Shown here piece by piece: positions 1 through 7,527 of a DNA stretch of 25,233 nucleotides (positions are counted from its first letter, which is position 1; every line of letters begins with the position of its first letter). The notes below the pieces were generated by a model. That model did no database searches, was not told the origin of the DNA, and saw nothing but the letters and a program-made list of their open reading frames with translations. The stretch is from the UHGV virus genome UHGV-0079576; one strand, written 5' to 3'. The position numbers and the translations under genes are program-made. The stretch comes from a virus.

Positions 1-184
1 AAGGGCGCGGCTGTCGGATTAAAGCCGCGGGACAAAGTCCATGAAGAAGAATAAGCATCTCTCTCCTCCAGAGAGACGTATTTATATTACTAAGCATTAA
101 AAATGGTTTAAATCCTCAGATTAACCTTAATTTCAGGTAAGTCTTATTTCATTTCTTTGCGTCACGCCCGGCGCACATCAAAAA

Positions 185-269
185 CCACAGAGCCTTTCAG
201 GGGTGAGCTTACGGGATGGTCAGTGTGACTTTCTCTGTGGGCTGGTCACCCCCAGGCGCAGGCTCACCC
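185..269 (+). promoter_or_regulatory. Structured 5' leader upstream of the TerB-like gene with interdigitated inverted repeats
   Basis: Reverse-complementary pairs read directly: ccacagag 185-192 / ctctgtgg 233-240; ggggtga 200-206 / tcacccc 246-252; gggtgagc 201-208 / gctcaccc 262-269. The last two pairings share the same 5' arm and are mutually exclusive. Confidence 0.3.
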
Positions 270-288
270 ACTAAAAGGAAACGTCACG

Positions 289-714
289 ATGTTTGGTATT
301 TTCAAAAAGAAAACCCGCAAGGCTATTACTGAAGTGAAGAAGATGGAGAACCGCGACGCCGTGGAAGCGACCGTCTGGGGCGCATATTCCATTGCATATG
401 CTGACGGTACCTGCGACGCGAAAGAAATCGCAGTGCTGGAGAAAACCATTGCAGCGCTTCCTTCCTTTGCGCCGTTCTCCGGTGAGATTGCCCAGATGAG
501 CGCCAATATCCGCGCCCGTTATGAAGCGTCACCTCGTAGTGCGAATGCTCAGGCTTTGCGTGAACTGGCTGATGTGGCAGGAACCGCCGAAGCGGTTGAT
601 GTGCTGTGCCTGTGTCTGGATATCGCTGACCAGGACGGCATTGGTCCGGATGAAGAAGCACAGCTCAAGAAAATTGCGCAGGCGCTGCAGTTGCCGCTGG
701 AGCAGTATCTGTGA
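289..714 (+). CDS. TerB-family (tellurite-resistance TerB-like) protein, 141 aa
   Basis: ATG at 289; all-helical sequence with two TerB-type motifs (SIAYADGTCDAKEIAVLEK and LCLDIADQDGIGPDEEAQLKKIA); overall resemblance to plasmid TerB recalled from memory. Confidence 0.6.
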   Translation: MFGIFKKKTRKAITEVKKMENRDAVEATVWGAYSIAYADGTCDAKEIAVLEKTIAALPSFAPFSGEIAQMSANIRARYEASPRSANAQALRELADVAGTAEAVDVLCLCLDIADQDGIGPDEEAQLKKIAQALQLPLEQYL

Positions 715-863
715 AAAGTGCGCGCCTTGTGCTGGCTGCCATCCTGCTGTTTCTGGTAGTGGTGGTGGATTTCACCGGACGGCTGATGTCGGTGCTGGCA
801 GATGGTGTGCTGGTGGCAATGGCGCTGGTCGTCCTCCTGCCTTTACTGCGCAAATCTGAATAA
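711..863 (+). CDS. Small hydrophobic membrane peptide (50 aa, two predicted helices), translationally coupled to the TerB-like gene
   Basis: GTG at 711 overlaps the TerB stop (GTGA); GGAG at 699-702 lies 8 nt upstream; translation VKSARLVLAAILLFLVVVVDFTGRLMSVLADGVLVAMALVVLLPLLRKSE; below the ORF-track length cutoff. Confidence 0.4.
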   Translation: MKSARLVLAAILLFLVVVVDFTGRLMSVLADGVLVAMALVVLLPLLRKSE

Positions 864-911
864 CATCACACAAAAGGCATCTGCGGGTGCCTTTGACGGG
901 GTGTTTTTTAC

Positions 912-933
912 GGGCCGCTGGTGGCCCTTTTTT
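912..933 (+). terminator. Putative intrinsic terminator between the TerB module and the holin
   Basis: GC stem gggcc(912-916)/ggccc(923-927), 6-nt loop, then TTTTTT 928-933; a second hairpin aaaggca/tgccttt lies at 873-894. Confidence 0.45.
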
Positions 934-951
934 ATTTACAGGAGAAAAAGT

Positions 952-1344
952 ATGTCTGAACCCTTATCCGGTTCCGGCACGGCTGCGGCGCTCGGCGGGG
1001 CGACGGTATTCGGGCTCTTTACCGGAACGGATTTCGGGATTGTGTTTGGTGCATTTGCGGGAGCGTTGTTTGTGGCAACGATGCCGCAGTCACTTTCAGC
1101 CTGGCGTGTGGCTGCGCATTTTCTGGTGTCGTTCATTGTCGGCGTGCTGGGGGCACGTGTGCTGTCAGCCTGGATTGCATCAAAAACAGGTTATGACGGT
1201 ACATCTGCGGATGCACTTTGTGCAGTGCTGGTGTCAGTGGTGTCGGTGAAGATTCTGTCGTTCATCCACCAGCAGGATATTGCATCACTGGTGTCCGGTG
1301 TGTTTTCCCGCCTGCGGGGTGGAGGAGGCGGCAATGTTAAGTAA
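952..1344 (+). CDS. Putative holin / lysis membrane protein (130 aa, about 3 hydrophobic segments, Gly-rich C-terminus)
   Basis: ATG at 952 with AGGAG 8 nt upstream; hydrophobic stretches; position immediately upstream of the endolysin; the track ORF 802-1344 is treated as an N-terminal over-extension. Confidence 0.55.
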   Translation: MSEPLSGSGTAAALGGATVFGLFTGTDFGIVFGAFAGALFVATMPQSLSAWRVAAHFLVSFIVGVLGARVLSAWIASKTGYDGTSADALCAVLVSVVSVKILSFIHQQDIASLVSGVFSRLRGGGGGNVK

Positions 1345-1609
1345 CCTTCCCGGATTGCTGAATGTGGCGTTATGCACGGTTATCGTGCTGACGCTCTTTT
1401 TTTATCGACGCCGTGATACCAGACATAAGCCGCTGATGTCATGGCTGGCCTGGCTGCTGATGCTGCTGTATGCCTTTGCGCCCCTCAGCTATCTGTGTGG
1501 TCGCCCGTTAGCAACGGGCTGGCTGGAAGTGTTTTTTAACCTGCTGTTCTGCGTGCTGGTGATACGCGCTCGCGGGAACGTCGCAAGAATCTTTCCATTG
1601 TTGAGGTGA
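1334..1609 (+). CDS. Second lysis-associated membrane protein (holin/antiholin-like, 91 aa, 3 predicted TM segments)
   Basis: ATG at 1334 preceded by GGAGGAGG; overlaps the holin 3' end; three hydrophobic helices; stop overlaps the endolysin start region. Confidence 0.5.
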   Translation: MLSNLPGLLNVALCTVIVLTLFFYRRRDTRHKPLMSWLAWLLMLLYAFAPLSYLCGRPLATGWLEVFFNLLFCVLVIRARGNVARIFPLLR

Positions 1610-1611
1610 AT

Positions 1612-1989
1612 ATGTCGGGTAAATTCAGATTTAGTCGTCGCAGCGAAAAGAATCTGGAGGGCGTTAAACCACAGCTGGTTGCTGTCGTTCGCCGTGCGCT
1701 GGAGCTGACGGAGGTTGATTTCGGTATTACGGAAGGGCTGCGCACGAAAGAACGCCAGAAACAGCTGGTTGCGGCAGGGAAAAGCCAGACCATGAACAGC
1801 CGCCACCTGACAGGTGATGCGGTGGATGTTGTGGCTTACGTTGGCAGCCAGGCGTCATGGGACTGGCCTCTGTATGAGAAAATCGCGCAGGCATTTAAGC
1901 AGGCTGCCGCAGAGCTGAAAACCCCCATCGAATGGGGCGGCGACTGGAAAACACTGAAAGACGGGCCTCACTTTCAGCTGAAACGATAA
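1612..1989 (+). CDS. Endolysin, peptidase M15 family (L-alanyl-D-glutamate endopeptidase type)
   Basis: ATG at 1612 with GAGG 5 nt upstream (track ORF starts at GTG 1606); translation resembles the T5-type M15 endolysin (…VKPQLVAVVRRALEL…FGITEGLRT…HLTGDAVDV…GGDW…GPHFQL). Confidence 0.85.
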   Translation: MSGKFRFSRRSEKNLEGVKPQLVAVVRRALELTEVDFGITEGLRTKERQKQLVAAGKSQTMNSRHLTGDAVDVVAYVGSQASWDWPLYEKIAQAFKQAAAELKTPIEWGGDWKTLKDGPHFQLKR

Positions 1990-1996
1990 ATAAGAC

Positions 1997-2034
1997 AAAG
2001 CCCCGGTTGTTGGAGCAATCGGGGCTTTGTGTTT
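1997..2034 (+). terminator. Putative intrinsic terminator after the endolysin
   Basis: 13-bp stem aaagccccggttg(1997-2009)/caatcggggcttt(2016-2028) with a 6-nt loop, followed by gtgttt. Confidence 0.55.
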
Positions 2035-2070
2035 ATGGATTCATTATGTGAATGCGCATGGGGATTATTC

Positions 2071-2268
2071 ATGCCAGTAAAGCCTAACACGACGAAAGAT
2101 AAATTTGGAGATGATCTGATGATAAAAGCAGAAACCACCCCGCAGGGGGCTGATGATGCCGCAAAAATCATCGCGGTATGCCGGGGCATCAGACACATAC
2201 TGACGCCAGTTGCATGGATTATTTGTACCGCACTGGTTGCATACACAACAATTTATTTAAACAGATGA
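2071..2268 (+). CDS. Hypothetical small protein with a C-terminal transmembrane anchor (65 aa; alternative start at 2119)
   Basis: In-frame ATG at 2071; hydrophobic C-terminus ILTPVAWIICTALVAYTTIYL; stop overlaps the next ORF start (ATGA at 2265-2268). Confidence 0.4.
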   Translation: MPVKPNTTKDKFGDDLMIKAETTPQGADDAAKIIAVCRGIRHILTPVAWIICTALVAYTTIYLNR

Positions 2269-2351
2269 GTGCTGATTTTATTCGGGCGGTGGCTTTTGCC
2301 ATTCGTCTTGTGGCGGTCGCTGTTCTGATTTGGGTTGTACGTTGGTGGTGA
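2265..2351 (+). CDS. Hypothetical 28-aa single-helix membrane peptide
   Basis: ATG at 2265 overlapping the upstream stop; translation MSADFIRAVAFAIRLVAVAVLIWVVRWW; stop TGA 2349-2351 lies 1 nt before the next ATG; not in the ORF track (too short). Confidence 0.3.
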   Translation: MSADFIRAVAFAIRLVAVAVLIWVVRWW

Positions 2352-2352
2352 T

Positions 2353-2535
2353 ATGACGCGAAAACACTGGACACACAGAATGCCGCGAACGGCGGCGAAA
2401 TGGGCACTGGTAGCGATACTGGTGCCTTTTTTCCTGGTGGGATGCGTCAGCCTGGATAAAGCGCGCCAGCTTTTCGATACAGCTTCTCAGGTCTGTGAAA
2501 TTGTCGACGGTGTTCGGCAGTGTCTGCAGAACTGA
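2353..2535 (+). CDS. Predicted small lipoprotein (lipobox LVGC; mature part about 30 aa with 3 Cys)
   Basis: ATG at 2353 (alternative ATG at 2380); signal-like KWALVAILVPFFLVGC followed by CVSLDKARQLFDTASQVCEIVDGVRQCLQN; GGTGGTG upstream. Confidence 0.45.
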   Translation: MTRKHWTHRMPRTAAKWALVAILVPFFLVGCVSLDKARQLFDTASQVCEIVDGVRQCLQN

Positions 2536-2706
2536 ACGCCCGAAAGAGCAGAATATTTTGCTGAAAAATGAAGGGTGCGCCAGCGTCCGGAAAGCATGAA
2601 ATTCTGTGTTTGTGGCTACTCAATAAAATAAATTCTTTCTGTCGCCGCGAATACTCAAATGTTGATCAGTGCCCGGTGCGGCGACGGGCTTCGATATCAG
2701 GAGACG

Positions 2707-3006
2707 ATGATGGAAAAAACAGAAAACAAACCGATTGTAATTGGTGCTGATGCTGCTCCGTTTAAGTTTGAGTTGTCTCAACTGGTGGAGATGCGTATCA
2801 GTGATGAATGGGGTGAAGTTAAAGCCCGCGCGCAGTATGCGGATGGCGAAAACCAGTACCTGATCCACTACAAAGCTGCTGATGGTCGTGCCACAACTGA
2901 GTGGTTTGGTGAGTCAATGCTGGAAGCAACAGAAGATGATCGTCATCCTGGTTGTCCGGTATTTGCTGGTATGGAATTACCGAAAGGCGCGGTCGTTACT
3001 GAGTAA
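2707..3006 (+). CDS. Hypothetical small acidic protein (99 aa) directly upstream of cos
   Basis: ATG at 2707 with AGGAG 5-6 nt upstream; no recognisable family from sequence alone. Confidence 0.5.
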   Translation: MMEKTENKPIVIGADAAPFKFELSQLVEMRISDEWGEVKARAQYADGENQYLIHYKAADGRATTEWFGESMLEATEDDRHPGCPVFAGMELPKGAVVTE

Positions 3007-3092
3007 CGGGCATTACAGCAGCCCTTTATGGTGAGGGGCTGCGATAATGCAGGTATTAGAGTGTGCGTAAATGATAATTGCTCCTATTTCCG

Positions 3093-3292
3093 CGGGTCCT
3101 TTCCAGAATCTGAAACACCGGGGGTCTGGGGACGCGCAAAAACGCGCTATTTATGAAAATTTTCAGGGAAAAAGCAGATCCGTTCTTCTTCTGGCTAACC
3201 TGTTGTTTAATAGAATTTTCTTGAAAAAAAGAAAGGATCTGGCAGCGGTGATTTTTCGCTGAAAAAAGCGTTTTGAGATCCTTTCTTCTTTT
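3093..3292. other. cos packaging site: cosQ-like element, predicted cosN nick region, IHF-type AT-rich site and three R-type terminase-binding repeats (cosB)
   Basis: cgggtcctttcc (3093-3104) matches lambda cosQ; CGCTATTTATGAAAATTTTC (3145-3164) is identical to the lambda segment just right of cosN; GATCC(G/T)TTCTTCT occurs at 3177-3192 (direct), 3225-3240 (inverted) and 3277-3292 (direct), mirroring lambda R3/R2/R1; spacing to cosQ places cosN near 3118-3138. Confidence 0.75.
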
Positions 3293-3309
3293 TGTGAGGA
3301 ATATGTGCC

Positions 3310-3858
3310 GTGAAGGTTAACAAAAAGAAACTGGCGGAGATTTTTGAGTGCGATGTCAGAACAATCACTGGCTGGCAAAGTCAGGGGCTGAGAGTTTTGT
3401 CGGGGGGAGGCAAAGGTATCGAGGCCATGTTCAATACTGCAGAAGCCATTGAGTGGTATGCGCAGCGGGAAAAAGATATCGAAAACGAAAAGCTCCGCAA
3501 AGAACTGGAAGATTTGCGTGCGGCTGCAGAATCAGATTTACAACCCGGCACCATTGACTATGAACGCTACCGGCTAACCAAAGCACAGGCTGACGCACAG
3601 GAGCTGAAAAATGCCCGTGAAGAAGGGCTGGTGCTGGAAACGGAATTGTTTACCTTCATTCTGCAACGTGTGGCACAGGAGATTTCGGGGATACTTGTAC
3701 GTGTGCCGCTGACATTACAGCGTAAATATCCGGATATTTCACCGTCACACCTTGATGTGGTGAAAACTGAAATCGCGAAAGCCTCCAATGTTGCAGCTAA
3801 AGCCGGTGAAAACGTGGGCAGGTGGATTGATGATTTCAGACGCACAGAAGGCAGCTAA
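3310..3858 (+). CDS. nu1: Terminase small subunit (lambda Nu1-like)
   Basis: GTG start at 3310; N-terminus [26 protein letters not shown] parallels lambda Nu1 MEVNKKQLADIFGASIRTIQNWQEQG (helix-turn-helix); sits just downstream of cosB. Confidence 0.85.
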   Translation: MKVNKKKLAEIFECDVRTITGWQSQGLRVLSGGGKGIEAMFNTAEAIEWYAQREKDIENEKLRKELEDLRAAAESDLQPGTIDYERYRLTKAQADAQELKNAREEGLVLETELFTFILQRVAQEISGILVRVPLTLQRKYPDISPSHLDVVKTEIAKASNVAAKAGENVGRWIDDFRRTEGS

Positions 3859-5746
3859 TGCAGCCGGTGCGATAGCCACAGGGCTTTTATCTCTCAATAT
3901 TCCGGTTCCACTGACGACGGTTCAGTGGGCTGATCAACATTATTATCTGCCGAAAGAATCTTCATACACTCCCGGACAATGGGAAACCCTGCCGTTTCAG
4001 GTTGCCATTATGAACAGCATGGGAAATGACCGGATCCGCACCGTTAATCTGATTAAATCGGCGCGCGTTGGTTACACCAAAATGCTGTTGGGGGTGGAGG
4101 CTTATTTTATTGAGCATAAATCCCGTAACAGTCTGCTTTTTCAGCCAACAGATTCTGCGGCAGAAGATTTCATGAAATCTCATGTTGAGCCAACGATCAG
4201 GGATGTCCCTGCATTGCTGGAGCTGGCTCCATGGTTCGGAAGAAAACATCGTGATAATACACTCACCCTGAAGCGTTTTTCCTCCGGTGTGGGTTTCTGG
4301 TGCCTGGGTGGTGCCGCTGCTAAAAACTACCGTGAAAAATCTGTGGATGTGGTCTGCTATGACGAACTCTCCTCGTTTGAACCGGATGTGGAAAAAGAAG
4401 GTTCGCCGACGCTGCTTGGTGATAAACGCATCGAAGGTTCGGTATGGCCTAAATCCATACGCGGCTCAACGCCAAAAATCAAAGGTTCCTGTCAGATTGA
4501 GAAAGCCGCGAATGAATCTGCGCATTTCATGCGGTTTTATGTCCCTTGCCCTCATTGCGGGGAGGCCCAGTATCTGAAGTTTGGCGATGATGCGACGCCG
4601 TCTGGCCTGAAATGGGAGAAGGGTAAACCGGAAACGGTGTATTACCTGTGTGAACATAATGGCTGTGTGATCCGGCAGTCGGAACTTGACCAGACCGACG
4701 GACGCTGGATTTGTGACAATACCGGGATGTGGACGCGTGATGGCCTGACATTTTACAGCGCCGGTGATGAGGAGATGCCGCCACCGCGCTCAATCTCGTA
4801 CCACATCTGGACGGCGTACAGTCCGTTCACCACCTGGGTGCAGATTGTCTACGACTGGCTGGATGCGCTGAAGGATCCAAACGGTGTTAAGACGTTTATT
4901 AACACCACGCTCGGGGAGCCCTATGAAGAGGCCGTGGCAGAAAAACTGAGCTTTGAGTTGTTGCTGGAAAAAGTCTGCCACTATGGCGCGCAGGTTCCCC
5001 TGCGGGTGGTTTACCTGACCGCCGGGATCGACTCCCAGAAAGATCGCTATGAAATTTATGTCTGGGGCTGGGCTCCCGGCGAAGAAGCCTTTCTGATTGA
5101 TAAGCAAATTATCATGGGGCGACCGGAAGACGAGGACACCCTTAAACGTGTTGATACGGTGATCCGGAAAAAATATCGTCATGCTGACGGTACTGAAATT
5201 TCCATTTCCCGTGTCTGCTGGGATACCGGTGGTATCGACCAGGACATTGTGTATCAGCGTTCCAGGAAACACGGCACTTTTTTTGTGCTTCCCATAAAAG
5301 GGGCATCGGTGTACGGCAAGCCGGTGATCACCATGCCCAAAAAGCGCAACCAGCGTGGTGTGTTTTTGTGTGAGGTGGGCTCCGATACCGTCAAGGAAAT
5401 GCTGTACGCCCGTTTTGCCCTGCCGGTGGTTTCTGCCAGTGAAGCCGCCCCGTATACCTTCCGTTTTCCGGATAACCCCGACATTTTTTCGGAAGAAGAG
5501 GCGCGTCAGATCGTGGCGGAAGAGCTGGTGGAGAAGGTGGTTAATGGCAGGGTGAAACTGCTGTGGGATAAAAAAGGGCGACGCAACGAAGCCCTCGACT
5601 GCCTGGTATATGCCTATGCTGCCCTGCGTATTTCAGTTCAGCGGTGGCAGCTGGATCTTGAAGCACTGGCCCGTGCCAGAAGAGATGAGCAGGACGACGA
5701 TGAGATGAGTCTGGAAGAAATCGCGGCTGCACTGAGTGGAGGATAA
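3830..5746 (+). CDS. A: Terminase large subunit (lambda gpA-like)
   Basis: Strong collinear similarity to lambda gpA (…[27 protein letters not shown]…[14 protein letters not shown]…[13 protein letters not shown]…WDTGGID…); start chosen at ATG 3830 (GGTGG upstream) inside the Nu1 3' end; track ORF begins at 3788. Confidence 0.95.
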   Translation: MISDAQKAANAAGAIATGLLSLNIPVPLTTVQWADQHYYLPKESSYTPGQWETLPFQVAIMNSMGNDRIRTVNLIKSARVGYTKMLLGVEAYFIEHKSRNSLLFQPTDSAAEDFMKSHVEPTIRDVPALLELAPWFGRKHRDNTLTLKRFSSGVGFWCLGGAAAKNYREKSVDVVCYDELSSFEPDVEKEGSPTLLGDKRIEGSVWPKSIRGSTPKIKGSCQIEKAANESAHFMRFYVPCPHCGEAQYLKFGDDATPSGLKWEKGKPETVYYLCEHNGCVIRQSELDQTDGRWICDNTGMWTRDGLTFYSAGDEEMPPPRSISYHIWTAYSPFTTWVQIVYDWLDALKDPNGVKTFINTTLGEPYEEAVAEKLSFELLLEKVCHYGAQVPLRVVYLTAGIDSQKDRYEIYVWGWAPGEEAFLIDKQIIMGRPEDEDTLKRVDTVIRKKYRHADGTEISISRVCWDTGGIDQDIVYQRSRKHGTFFVLPIKGASVYGKPVITMPKKRNQRGVFLCEVGSDTVKEMLYARFALPVVSASEAAPYTFRFPDNPDIFSEEEARQIVAEELVEKVVNGRVKLLWDKKGRRNEALDCLVYAYAALRISVQRWQLDLEALARARRDEQDDDEMSLEEIAAALSGG

Positions 5747-5749
5747 AGA

Positions 5750-5959
5750 ATGGTTTATACGCATGAAATGCTTTGTGATGCCCGCCGGGCATTACATGAA
5801 CTGATGATCGGACGTGCTGTGGTTTCCGTCAGTAAGGACGGGCGTCAGGTTCAGTATTCGCGGGCGACGATTGGTGAACTACGCCAGTATATTGAAGAGC
5901 TGGAAAGTGCGCTGGGCGTATCCGGACGGCGTCGTGGCCCGGCAGGAGTGGGGCTGTGA
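5750..5959 (+). CDS. W: Head-tail joining / head completion protein (lambda gpW-like)
   Basis: 69 aa; ARRALHELMIGRAVVSVSKDGRQVQYSRATIGELRQYIEELE…RRRGPAG parallels lambda W. Confidence 0.85.
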   Translation: MVYTHEMLCDARRALHELMIGRAVVSVSKDGRQVQYSRATIGELRQYIEELESALGVSGRRRGPAGVGL

Positions 5960-7527
5960 ATGGGGAACTGGTGGATCTTCACGGGCAGCCATTGCGGCAG
6001 AGTATGGGATATTCCGGAGGGGGTACCGGATTTGGCGGGCAGCTTGCGGAATGGTTGCCTGCACCGGAAAGTGCCGACGTGGCGCTCTTACCTTCCATTC
6101 AGCTGGGTAACGCCCGTGCGGATGATCTGGTCCGTAACAACGGTATTGCCGCAAATGCAGTGGAAATTCATAAAGACCATATCGTCGGGCACATGTTTCG
6201 CCTGAGCTACCGGCCCAACTGGCGCTGGCTGGGGATGTCGGAAGCTGATTCGCATGCCTTTATTGAAGATGTGGAGGCGGCGTGGATGGAATATTGCGAT
6301 CCTGTGTTTGGTTCGATGGATGTGGAGGGGCGTCGCTCGTTTACCGAATTTATTCGTGAAGGGGTGGGCGTTCATACGTTTAACGGTGAAATTTTTGTCC
6401 AGCCCGTATGGGATACGGAATCCACGTCATTATTCCGGACGAAATTCAAAACCATCAGCCCGAAACGTGTAAGCACACCCGGTTATGGTACCGGCGATCG
6501 TTTTATGCGTGCCGGGGTGGAAATCAACCGGTACGGAAAAGCACTGGCCTACCATGTTCAGGAAGATGACTGGCCCGGTTACGGTGTCAGCAACTGGACG
6601 CGGATTGCGGCGACGCTGCCCTCCGGGCGACCGGGAATGATCCATGTGTTTCAGCCGCAGGAGGACGGGCAGACGCGCGGGGCCAACCAGTTTTATTCTG
6701 TCATGGAGCGTCTCAAGATGCTCGACACACTGCAGGCCACGCAACTGCAGTCGGCGGTGGTGCGGGCGATGTATGCCGCGACGATTGAATCCACGCTGGA
6801 TTCGGAAAAAGCATTTGAATATATCGCCGGGGTGGGAGATGGCGGTAAAAACCCCCTGAACACCATCATGAAAGGCTACGCGCGTTATTACGCCACCAAT
6901 ACGGTAAAGCTGGGCGGGGTCCGTATTCCGCATCTTTATCCGGGGGATTCACTGAATCTGCAGACAGCGCAGAATGCAGATAATGGTTTCTCTGAACTGG
7001 AAAAGGCGCTGTTACGTTACATCGCTGCCGGACTGGGGGTGTCCTATGAACAGCTTTCCCGTGATTATTCACAGGTCAGTTATTCCAGTGCCAGGGCATC
7101 CGCCAATGAGTCGTGGCGGTATTTTATGGGCAAACGAAAATTTGTGGCCAGCCGGCTGGCATCACAGATGTTTGCTTGCTGGCTGGAGGAAGCTCTTATT
7201 CGCGGTGTGATCCGCCCGCCGAAATCCCGTTTTTCATTCTGGGAGGCCCGTTCCGGATGGTGTCGTGCCGAGTGGATTGGTGCCGGTCGCATGGCGATTG
7301 ATGGCCTTAAGGAAGTGCAGGAATCGGTGATGCGTATTGAAGGTGGTTTAAGCACATACGAGAAGGAGTTGGCCCTGATGGGCGATGACTATCAGGAAAT
7401 ATTCCGCCAGCAACTGCGTGAAAGCCAGGAGCGACAGGCAGCGGGTCTTCCCCGCCCCATCTGGATAAAGGACACGTTTCAGCAGCAGATCCGACAGACA
7501 ACGGGAGAAAAAGGTGATGCGTCGTAA
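5956..7527 (+). CDS. B: Portal protein (lambda gpB-like)
   Basis: 523 aa; GTG start overlapping the W stop; position and size as lambda B between W and C. Confidence 0.85.
   Translation: MNGELVDLHGQPLRQSMGYSGGGTGFGGQLAEWLPAPESADVALLPSIQLGNARADDLVRNNGIAANAVEIHKDHIVGHMFRLSYRPNWRWLGMSEADSHAFIEDVEAAWMEYCDPVFGSMDVEGRRSFTEFIREGVGVHTFNGEIFVQPVWDTESTSLFRTKFKTISPKRVSTPGYGTGDRFMRAGVEINRYGKALAYHVQEDDWPGYGVSNWTRIAATLPSGRPGMIHVFQPQEDGQTRGANQFYSVMERLKMLDTLQATQLQSAVVRAMYAATIESTLDSEKAFEYIAGVGDGGKNPLNTIMKGYARYYATNTVKLGGVRIPHLYPGDSLNLQTAQNADNGFSELEKALLRYIAAGLGVSYEQLSRDYSQVSYSSARASANESWRYFMGKRKFVASRLASQMFACWLEEALIRGVIRPPKSRFSFWEARSGWCRAEWIGAGRMAIDGLKEVQESVMRIEGGLSTYEKELALMGDDYQEIFRQQLRESQERQAAGLPRPIWIKDTFQQQIRQTTGEKGDAS

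Noticed and set aside
85-150. Possible lambda PR'-like late promoter in the AT-rich stretch
   Set aside because: Only loose resemblance to the lambda PR' region and no convincing -35/-10 pair at correct spacing; left as unannotated leader
802-951. N-terminal extension of the holin ORF (track start at 802)
   Set aside because: Would overlap the 50-codon membrane ORF and the terminator hairpins; ATG 952 has a proper AGGAG RBS
2568-2750. 60-aa plus-strand ORF in the intergenic region before the acidic gene
   Set aside because: No RBS, Cys/Arg-rich non-protein-like translation, overlaps the better-supported start at 2707 in another frame
3071-3262. 63-aa plus-strand ORF
   Set aside because: Falls within the cos site (cosQ/cosN/R sites); the sequence is better explained as packaging signals than as coding
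5814-6205. Alternative-frame ORFs (98 aa and 81 aa) overlapping the W and portal genes
   Set aside because: Out of frame with the homologous W and portal reading frames; no independent support
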